Source: Octopus sinensis
Taxonomy: Eukaryota
Direction: 5' to 3'
Length of the DNA: 10,864 nucleotides
Assembly: GCF_006345805.1 (NCBI RefSeq)
Contig: NW_021827315.1
Span: 1 to 10,864 of the forward strand
The position numbers were made by a program, and so were the translations under genes. The notes beneath the pieces are model-generated. The model saw nothing but the letters and a program-made list of their open reading frames with translations, ran no database searches and was not told the DNA's origin. Below, in pieces: positions 1-7,586 of the stretch. Position 1 is the stretch's first letter; every line of letters starts with the position of its first letter.

Positions 1-190
1 TAAACAAAAGACGAAGACAGGTGGTGTACAAAACAAACAGATGTATTAGTATAACGCTCAAGAATAGAAAAAGTATTTTACGTTTCGAGCCTACGCTCTT
101 CTACAGAAAGGGACACAGAAAAAAAAAACAAGGAGAGAAACAAGGAGAGAAAAAAAATGTGTGTAGTGGCTAACGATCTATCATGGCGAA
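1..190 (-). mobile_element. Dispersed repeat, probable Penelope-like terminal-repeat fragment (copy 1), truncated by the window edge
   Basis: Aligns with 3305-3470 (caaaagacgaagacaggt...acaaacagatgtattagt...ttttacgtttcgagcctacgctcttc...tagtggcta-cgatcta). The minus strand carries a hammerhead-like motif ending GAAACGTA, as in Penelope-associated minimal hammerheads. Confidence 0.6.
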
Positions 191-610
191 TCATGTGTGT
201 ATATGTGTATCTATGTATGTATATATGAACAAAGCACAATATACGATAAAAGATGGGTGTGTGTATAGGCAATCATGATTGTAAGGAATGAATATAAACG
301 ATTAAAGCACGCAAAAGAGAGATCAAACGAAAATTTACTTCTCGTCAGCTATATCGCTCAGGATTCGCAGTTTCGACGCTTTAAGTGGCGACAGCAAACA
401 ATTGGACACAGTTTGTGAGTCACTTGATACTTTGATGACAGTTAACGATCAATTAATTATCTCTTCTCGTTTGTGTTACATAAAGCTAATGGCAGGCTTT
501 ATTCGGTATCACAGCGATAGAGTATCATGGCGGAAATTACTAAAGGTTTTTTCTTTTCTTTTCTAAATGTGCAGAAATGTTTTATTCCATTCTTGTATTG
601 CATGTCATTG

Positions 611-810
611 CACACAGACAGACAGACAGACAGACTCACACACACACACACACACACACACAGAGGCACACAAGCACGACATACACACGCGCACGCACAC
701 AGATGCAAACACACACACACACACACACATACACACACACATATATATACCCATATATAAATATAAATAAATATATATATATATATACCCATATATAAAT
801 AATATATATA
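611..810. repeat. Compound microsatellite (CAGA)n/(CA)n/(TA)n
   Basis: Read directly from the sequence. Confidence 0.95.
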
Positions 811-909
811 ATTTGAGTGAAATTTACATGTACATACTTAAATATATACACACAAATTTAATCGCATGCATATTCACGTCATTAATTTAAAAATATAGAA
901 TGAAATTAT

Positions 910-1147
910 GTGCGTGTATATATGTATGTATGTATGTATATCTGTATGTATGTTTGTATGTCTGTCTGTCTGTATGTATCTATCTATCTATGAATGTGTG
1001 TATGTATGTATTTGTGTGTGTTAATTTGTGTGTGTGTGTATTTGTGTGTATACGCATGTATTTATGTGTGTAAATGTCTATATATATATATATATAAAGA
1101 TAGATAGATAGATAGATACATACATACATACATACATACATACATAC
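910..1147. repeat. Compound microsatellite (TATG)n/(TCTG)n/(TG)n/(TA)n/(GATA)n/(CATA)n
   Basis: Read directly from the sequence. Confidence 0.95.
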
Positions 1148-1404
1148 GTGCTTCACGGTCTAATGATATTTTTTAATTAAATAAATGAATTACCTGCTCA
1201 TTAATTCATTGATTAAGTTTAGCTTTAATCTACGTTTCCATCTGCGTTAATTAACACTTGAATTTAAATAATTAATTGGTATGTTTCTTTGTTAATTAGT
1301 TTAGAGGCTTTAAAAAGTGATAATGTTGATTTCACAGATAGGTGATAGCTCATGCATTTGCCGACGACAGATTAAGTAAAACCGTGTCTACTAGAGGCAA
1401 AAGT

Positions 1405-1552
1405 AGCAGTGTGGTAAGAAGCTTGCTTCCTAACCACATGGTTATGGGTTCAGTTCCACTTTGCGACACTTTGGGCAAATGTCTTCTACTATAGCCTCGG
1501 GCTGTCCAAAAGCTTGTGAGTGGATTTTTAGATGGAAACTGAAAGCCCGTCG
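1405..1552 (+). mobile_element. tRNA-derived SINE, family A (CORE-like central motif)
   Basis: A-box-like gtgtggtaag, B-box-like ggttcagttcc (1447-1457), CORE-like ctttgggcaaatgtctt. Ends gaaagcccgtcg and runs into (TA)n. Matches the reverse complement of 3622-3781. Confidence 0.8.
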
Positions 1553-1558
1553 TATATG

Positions 1559-1653
<95 letters not shown>

Positions 1654-1688
1654 TATATATATATTATATATATATATATATATATACT
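1553..1688. repeat. (TA)n microsatellite at the SINE 3' end
   Basis: Read directly from the sequence. Confidence 0.97.
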
Positions 1689-1874
1689 TAATAAAAGGGT
1701 TCAGCGAAAGATTTGCTTCACCACACACCGAAGTTTAGAAATAGTAGCCAAAAATCTTAGCTATTTCTTCTACTTTAAAAAGGGTCTCTCTAGAAATGGT
1801 TCTTTTTCATACCGATTCTACTGGTGAAATTATTAATTACTTCTTAATTAATTAATTTTACCCTTTGTTATTAA

Positions 1875-1896
1875 TATATAGATATATATTATATAT

Positions 1897-1928
<32 letters not shown>

Positions 1929-1958
1929 ATATATGTGTGTGTGTGTTATATATATATT
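1875..1958. repeat. Imperfect (TA)n/(TG)n microsatellite
   Basis: Read directly from the sequence. Confidence 0.9.
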
Positions 1959-1965
1959 GTCCTGC

Positions 1966-2601
1966 TTTCCATTTTTCTTGTTTACGTATTTCATGTTATT
2001 TGCACCGTTGGTGACGTCCTGTACCCATATGCGACTCTCTACTCTCTACTCTATACTGTTTTCTTCCTCCATCTTTCTATAATTTCCTTTTTCTCCCCTT
2101 CCTCCTTCACCGTTTTCTATCTGTCTCTGTCTCTCCCTTTCTTTCTCTTCTCCCTCTTCCTCTCTCTCTCGTTGCTCATACGTGACCATCATGCATCTTT
2201 CTTTTCCTCAAGTGACTATCTTTCTTATCCTGCACAGACGTTTAAAAGAACGAAGTGTTTTCCTCTCTTTCTTCTATCTTTTCTCCTTTCAAAAAAGTGT
2301 TTCTCCCAACGCTCACTATTTTCCTCTCGTTCTGGTCTAACGACCCTCCATACTTGGTTACGTTCGGTTTCTTTGTACGTCTCCACTGTCATTTTTTTGT
2401 TCCCAACTTTGACCCTCCATAAATCCTAAATTTTATCTTAGAATTTCATGGGAGAAACTGTCTTTGAAGACTCATATTGCCGTTGAATGCTCGAAATGAG
2501 GAGTAGATAGACAGCCGACAACTGTGTTTACTTGTTTTCCATTTTTTCTTGTTTACGTATTTCATGTTATTTTCATCGTTGGTGACGTCCTGTACCCATA
2601 T
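1966..2601 (+). mobile_element. ~570-bp unit bounded by ~65-bp direct repeats; probable Penelope-like partial-tandem terminal-repeat insertion
   Basis: 1966-2030 and 2536-2601 differ by one T indel and two substitutions. A degenerate hammerhead-like motif lies at 2458-2514, just before the second repeat. No coding capacity. Confidence 0.5.
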
Positions 2602-2603
2602 AT

Positions 2604-2698
2604 GCATGCATACATGTATGTATGTATGTATGTATGTATGTATGTATGTATGTATGTATGCATGTATGTATGTATGTATGTATGTATGTATGTATATC

Positions 2699-2730
<32 letters not shown>

Positions 2731-2749
2731 TGTATGTATGTATGTGGTA

Positions 2750-2796
<47 letters not shown>

Positions 2797-2882
2797 AATA
2801 TAATATAGTATAATATAATATAATATAATATAATATAATATAATATAATATAATATATACATTATAATATAATATAATATAA
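2604..2882. repeat. Compound microsatellite (TATG)n, (TCTA)n, (TATAA)n
   Basis: Read directly from the sequence. Confidence 0.96.
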
Positions 2883-3037
2883 AAGAATGAATTAAGAGAA
2901 TGAAATAAGACATTTTATTTGTAATTTATTTCTACTTTCATTCTCTTATTTCCCTCTATATTCCCTATTTCCTCTTTTTCCATAATAATTCCTTATTTCG
3001 AACACAAATATTTACCTCTCTTTAATCATCTTACACC

Positions 3038-3085
3038 GTCTCTGATGAAGGAGTATCCATAATATCCCAGAAACATCTGTAATAC
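3038..3085 (+). ncRNA. Type I hammerhead-ribozyme-like motif (minimal, degenerate), probably inside a Penelope-like repeat fragment (~2885-3155)
   Basis: gtct-CTGATGA(3042-3048)-aggagta tccataa tatccca-GAAAC(3070-3074)-atct-GTA(3079-3081)-atac. All core segments are in type I order. Stem II is 5/6 paired; stem I has one mismatch. Confidence 0.6.
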
Positions 3086-3157
3086 TATATCTATATCTTT
3101 TTCCTTATAAATGTCCTGAAAACTCCTTACAGCCTTAGCTTTGATCTCATTTGTCTA

Positions 3158-3165
3158 ATATATAA

Positions 3166-3233
<68 letters not shown>

Positions 3234-3290
3234 ATATATATATAATATATATATATATATAATATATTAATATATATATATATATATATA
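3158..3290. repeat. (TA)n microsatellite
   Basis: Read directly from the sequence. Confidence 0.96.
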
Positions 3291-3304
3291 GTCAGAATTT
3301 ATAA

Positions 3305-3470
3305 TACAGCAAAAGACGAAGACAGGTGTGTAAACCACAAACAGATGTATTAGTTTAACGCTCGGGAAATGAGAAAGTCTTTTACGTTTCGAGCCTACGC
3401 TCTTCGACTGAAAGGAACACAGAAATAAACAGGGGAGAAAATAAAAAAAAGGTTTAGTGGCTAGCGATCT
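3305..3470 (-). mobile_element. Dispersed repeat, probable Penelope-like terminal-repeat fragment (copy 2)
   Basis: Homologous to 1-190, with the same hammerhead-like motif on the minus strand (3379-3414). Confidence 0.6.
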
Positions 3471-3621
3471 ATATATATATTAGGTCGTCAAGTATGAAAT
3501 TTGTAGAAAAGAAAAAAAAAGTTTGCTAATGTTTTATAAATACAAGGAATAGTTTTATTCATCAAAGTATGCACCCATATTGTCAATACACTTTTGCTCC
3601 CTTTATCAAAAGTAAGTTGAC

Positions 3622-3781
3622 ACGACAGGCTTCTTTCAGTTTCCGTAAACCAAATTCAGAAGACTTTGTTTAGACGGAGGCTACAATAGAGAATATTTGC
3701 CCAAGGTACCACGCAGTGGGAATGAACCCCGAACCAAGTGTTTGGGATGCAAACGGCTTACTACACAGCCATGCTTGCACC
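3622..3781 (-). mobile_element. tRNA-derived SINE, family A
   Basis: Reverse complement of 1405-1552: gcttctttcagtttcc...ttgcccaaggtaccacgcagtgggaatgaacccc...ctacacagcc. Confidence 0.8.
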
Positions 3782-3804
3782 TTTTATTATTACGAGTTTC
3801 ATTG

Positions 3805-3832
3805 TCGTTGTTGTTGTTGTTGTTGTTGTTGT
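3805..3832. repeat. (GTT)n microsatellite
   Basis: Read directly from the sequence. Confidence 0.9.
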
Positions 3833-3929
3833 GTTATAATAAGTGTATGAGAATCGATATGTTATTGATAGATATGTCAGCATTCCAAAAGATATATATA
3901 TAAAAATAATAGAATCTCGCATCAGATAT

Positions 3930-3993
3930 GGAAGAAAGAAAGGAAAGAACGAACGAAAGAAAGAAAGAGAAAAAGAAAGAAAGAAAGAAAGAA
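3930..3993. repeat. (GAAA)n microsatellite
   Basis: Read directly from the sequence. Confidence 0.9.
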
Positions 3994-4099
3994 TATGATG
4001 GAATGGTATATTTGGTATTTTGCTAATAAACATTTGCTCCAAATTCTTGGCAGTGAATTCTTCACAAATTTATCGATTAATTTCTATTTTAAGGGCATT

Positions 4100-4340
4100 C
4101 GTGTGTATGAGTGCGCGCGCGCGCGTAACTGTATTTGTGTTTGTGTGTGCGTATGTTTGTGGGGTGTGTGTATTTGTGGCTGTGTGTGTGTGTGTGTGTG
4201 TGTGTGTTTGAGTGCCTGTATGAGGGGGTGAACAAATAAGTATGTGTACTTGGGTTTGTATGCGTATGCATGTGTATATGTATCTAAATGTGTATTTGTG
4301 TATGTAAGTGTGTGAGTGTGGTGTGTGTGTGCATGCGTAC

Positions 4341-4377
<37 letters not shown>

Positions 4378-4965
4378 CGTGCATGCGTACGTGTGTGTGT
4401 ATGTGTGTGTGTGTGTGTGTATGAGTGCGTTTGTGTGTCTGTATGAGCGTGTAAATAAATATGTGTGTGCATGTGTATGTGTAACTAAATGAGTATGTCA
4501 GTGTGTGTGGTGTGTGTGTCTGTCTGTCTGTCTGTGTGCGTGTCTGAGTGTGTTTATGCACCTGTATGAGTGTGAATAAATATATGTGTATGTGTGTCAA
4601 CATGCGTATGCGTGTGTGTGAGTGTGTGTGAGTAAGTGTTTGTGTGTATGTGTGAGTGCAGGAATAAGTATGTGTGTATGTGCACGCCTGTGTGCATTTG
4701 TGGGTGTGTACCTCTGTTAGTGAATGTGTGCGTGTGTGTATATGTGTGTGTATGTGTATGAGTGTGCATGTGTGTGTTTGTGTGTTCATCAAAGTGTATG
4801 TTCGTGTGTAAATGTGTGTTTGTGTGTGTCTGCCTCTATATATGTATGTGTGTCTATGAACGTGTATTTGTGCGTATGTATGTATCTCTGCGAATGTGTA
4901 TGTACGCGTATGCGTGCGTATGTGTGTGTGGTGTGTGTGTGTGCGCACACACACCTGTGCATGTG
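4100..4965. repeat. Long degenerate (GT)n/(GTAT)n tract
   Basis: About 870 bp of mostly alternating purine-pyrimidine sequence. It accounts for the 321-aa H/T-rich ORF. Confidence 0.95.
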
Positions 4966-5194
4966 TTAAAGTAGATTGATAGATATAATTGTGACACACC
5001 TGAAACATTGATTTGTTGTCTCCCTTACAACACAATATTTCATATATCTATGAAAAGAGAGAATTGACCTCCTAGAATACATTATACTTCACCCCTTCCA
5101 TTCCTCCCCCCTCCATTCCTCCCACACCTGCCTCTCCCCTCCTATAGTTATTTTCACACCATCCCCAACACGTTCCTTACATTACTGTCTCGTG

Positions 5195-5368
5195 TCTAGA
5201 CCAGGGGGCGGTTACCTGGTCTCTGTGGTATATAAATGACTGACATCACAACATTACTCCCCGCACGGGATGCCAGTCCGTTGTAGGGTTGCTCATTTTA
5301 CAGCTGAGTGGACTGGGGCAATGTGAAATGAAGTCTTTTGCTCAAGAACACAACGTACCACCCAGGAA
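5195..5368 (-). mobile_element. SINE family C fragment, head missing (CORE-like plus V-domain-like modules)
   Basis: Minus strand reads gtgttcttgagcaaaagacttcatttcacattgccccagtccactcagctgtaaaatgagcaaccctacaacggactggcatcccgtgc. This resembles the recalled CORE-type gtgtccttgagcaagacactt and V-SINE-type cctgcgatggactggcg motifs. Confidence 0.6.
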
Positions 5369-5536
5369 TTTCATCCGTCCTTATATTCTGAGTTCAAATT
5401 CCACCGAGGTCGACTTTGCCCTTTATTCTTTCGGGATGGATAAAATAAGTACCAGTTGAGCACTGGGGTTGATGTAATTGATACGCACTCTTCCTCACAA
5501 TTTCTGGCCTTGTGCAAAAACTTGAAACCATTATTT
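5369..5536 (+). mobile_element. tRNA-derived SINE, family B body (5'-truncated)
   Basis: B box gagttcaaattcc, then gaggtcgactttgcc...aagtaccagttgagcactgggg...ggccttgtgc...gaaaccattatt. Matches 7190-7340, 7341-7443 and the reverse complement of 10281-10465. Confidence 0.85.
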
Positions 5537-5537
5537 A

Positions 5538-5587
5538 GGTAGTGAACTGGCAGAACCATTAGTAATCTGGACAAAATGCTTCGTACT
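5538..5587 (+). mobile_element. SINE family B head fragment
   Basis: ggtagtgaactggcagaaccattag...aaaatgctt matches the head of the minus copy (ggcggcgagctggcagaatcgctag, 10465 leftwards) and the aaaatgctta start of 7341. Confidence 0.6.
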
Positions 5588-5594
5588 CGTGGGT

Positions 5595-6254
5595 ATGAGT
5601 ACAAAAACTGCATCTCTCTGCAAAACCATGTCGAGCCAGTGTGGCAGAGTTGGCTCACCAAACCAACAGGATCTCAGGCTCAAATTCACGGTCTCCGCAT
5701 CAAACTATGGCTGGCTAGAGAGAACATGCTGAGGCTTTCGTCCTGCAGTGCTCAACACATGGGCAATCCAAAAATACTGCCCCTCTCTGCTAAGCCATGT
5801 CAAGCCAGTGTGACAGAGTAGGTTCATCAGACCATTCTGATCTCAGGCCATACTCTGCTGGAAAGAATATGGTGATGTCTTCGTGGACTGAACATAGGCA
5901 ATCCAAAAATGCTGCACTTCGTTGCCAAGCCATGTCGAGCCAGTGTGACAGAGCAAGCTCATCAACCCAGTTTAATCCCAAATTCAAATTCAAGGCCTCC
6001 ACATCAGACTGTGGATGGGCGGAAAGAACATGGTGAGGTCTTCGTTCTACAGTGGACTGAACATAGACAATCCAAAAATGCTGCACTTCGTTGCCAAGCC
6101 ATGTCGAGCCTGTGTAACAGAGCAAGCTCATCAACCCAGTTTAATCCCAAATTCAAATTCCAGGCCTCTACATCAGACTGTGGATGGGCGGAAAGAACAT
6201 GGTGAGGTCTTCCTTCTGCAGTGGACTGAACATGAGCAATCAAATCAAACCCAG
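5595..6254. repeat. Tandem array of four ~169-bp units plus a partial unit (169/135/169/169 bp)
   Basis: The anchor ccatgtc(g/a)agcc occurs at 5626, 5795, 5930 and 6099; caatc occurs at 5764, 5899, 6068 and 6237. Units 3 and 4 differ at 9 of 169 positions. Unit 2 has internal deletions and unit 1 is the most diverged. Confidence 0.95.
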
Positions 6255-6475
6255 GTAAGACGGTAGGGTGTGACAGAAGAGAAAACAAGAGCGATTTGAC
6301 TGTTATTTCTGGCATACAGGGTGACCACATTGTAGCTCTTTTGATATTTCATTGTTTTGTTTACTCTCACTGTTTACCGATCTCTCAGTTTCTGAGGAAA
6401 CCTGAACTTTTCAAATATAAAACTTAACCTTTTATCACCCACGCCTCACACTTCAATTATTTACCGGTTTCTGTT

Positions 6476-6582
6476 CTAAAGCTCTTTATCAATGTTATAT
6501 CTACATTCAGCCAGGCGTGCTGGAGTTGTTGACGTTGTCGATGATGGCGTTGGTGCTGATGGTGACGGAGTTGTTACTTTTG

Positions 6583-6614
<32 letters not shown>

Positions 6615-6739
6615 GGTAACGTAGTTCTTACTATTGTTGCTTTTGGCGGTGATGGTGGTGGGCTTATTATTGTTGGGTTTGTTGTTGTTGTTGCTGTTGC
6701 TGCTGCTGTTGTTGTTGTTGTTGTTGTTAAGCAACAAGA
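6476..6739 (-). CDS. Putative terminal coding exon, Thr/Pro/Ser-rich (SCCLTTTT...PPPPPPTTTTTTKVTTPSPSAPTPSSTTSTTPARLAECRYNIDKEL*); reading frame uncertain
   Basis: Preceded on the minus strand by a branch-like CCTAAT and the acceptor cccttacCAG (AG at 6741-6740). The 264 nt give 87 aa plus TAG in phase 0, compatible with the donor at 6812. An Asn-rich alternative frame (to 6507) is also open, and low complexity alone can create ORFs. Confidence 0.35.
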
Positions 6740-6812
6740 CTGGTAAGGGTGATTAGGTGATGGTCTAGGGCTTAGGGGCGGGAGACCCCAGACCTTGGAA
6801 AAAAAAACAAAC

Positions 6813-6938
6813 TTTGGTCGTCTTGTTGTAGTCGAGGGGCTCTTCGTTGACGCCCGACACCACTGGGAGGTGGCCTTCGAAGTCACTGGAAATGGAGATC
6901 TCCAGGTCCAAATTCTTGGACGGTTGCTGTTGTTGCTG
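6813..6938 (-). CDS. Putative internal coding exon of an unidentified protein: QQQQQPSKNLDLEISISSDFEGHLPVVSGVNEEPLDYNKTTK (absent from the ORF track)
   Basis: 30 of 37 non-polyQ codons end in G/C in an AT-rich window, and the composition is natural. It ends at AAA|GTTTGT (donor 6812). The possible acceptor cacCAG (6940-6939) has CTAAC at 6966-6962 but no pyrimidine tract. An in-frame TAA at 6947-6945 bounds it. Confidence 0.5.
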
Positions 6939-7189
6939 CTGGTGTTACAGTTGTTGTTATTGTTAGTGGTGGTATTGTTATTGATATTAATGATGTTGTT
7001 GCGGTTGTTGAGTTGTTATTGTTGTTGGTGGTGAGGGTGTTGGTATTACTGTTGGCGACACCGATGGTAGTGTTTAGCCCTAGGCCGTACCGAGTAGTGG
7101 TTCTCAAACATTTTAAACCTATGAACGCCTACGGATGAATGCCACTCGCATAGGTACTGAGGGCGACATAATTGATTAAAACCAAGCGA

Positions 7190-7340
7190 TTCTGAGTTCA
7201 AATTCCGCTGTGGCCGACTTTGCCTCTCATCCCTTTTGGGGTCGATTAAATAAGTACCAGTTGAGTACTGGGGTCGATATAATCGACTCAACCTCTCTTC
7301 CGAAATTGCTGGCCTTGAGCCAAAATTTGAAACCATAGTT
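7190..7340 (+). mobile_element. SINE family B body (5'-truncated)
   Basis: ttctgagttcaaattccgc...ggggtcgattaaataagtaccagttgagtactggggtcgatataatcgac...gaaaccatagtt. Confidence 0.85.
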
Positions 7341-7443
7341 AAAATGCTTAGCATTATTTCGTCTGTATACGCTCTGAGTTCAAATTCCGCCGAAATCAAC
7401 TTTGCATTTCATCCCTTTCGGGTTCGATTAAATAAGTACCAGT
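7341..7443 (+). mobile_element. Second SINE family B fragment, head-to-tail with the previous copy
   Basis: aaaatgcttagcattatttcgtctgt...ctctgagttcaaattccgcc...aaataagtaccagt. Confidence 0.8.
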
Positions 7444-7494
7444 AAGTTGTGCGCTAACTGAACTAAAATTCGAAATCATTATTTTATCAATTTA

Positions 7495-7586
7495 ACTCAC
7501 AATCCATTTGTGGGCCCCGGGCTCTTGTAGAACTTATTTGCTTGAGGTGCCGCTGGTCTGAACCCGAATGACGTGGTTACGAAGCT
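7495..7586 (-). mobile_element. Diverged SINE family A fragment
   Basis: gggctcttgtagaacttatttgcttgaggtgcc...ctgaacccgaa...gtggttacgaagc is collinear with 3670-3755. Confidence 0.55.

Noticed and set aside
342-375. Minus-strand GAAAC...CTGACGA, a possible type II hammerhead
   Set aside because: There is no NUH cleavage triplet in the right place and no closing stems.
499-4974. ORFs rich in YI, CV, HT or MYVC repeats, including the 321-aa ORF 4070-5035
   Set aside because: They are translations of di- and tetranucleotide microsatellites that lack stops by composition, with no domain or codon-bias signal.
5092-5141. Four G-runs on the minus strand (possible G-quadruplex)
   Set aside because: Loops of about 9-12 nt make it a weak candidate, with no supporting context.
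5824-5830. CTGATGA on the minus strand in array unit 2
   Set aside because: No stem II-GAAA follows, and the other units do not keep the motif.
5595-6254. Array interpreted as CRISPR, a coding repeat or C/D snoRNA copies
   Set aside because: There are no unique spacers or cas genes, and the 169-nt period shifts frame. TGATGA (5964-5959, minus) and CTGA exist but lack a terminal stem and a consistent arrangement across units.
6795-7034. + strand ORF LEKKTNFGRLVVVEG... (and 6492-6746)
   Set aside because: These are mirror frames of the GC3-rich or repeat-rich minus-strand sequence and are best explained as antisense shadows.
7095-7109. tagtggttctcaaac, resembling a hAT/Charlie terminal inverted repeat
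   Set aside because: I found no partner inverted repeat or target-site duplication in the window.
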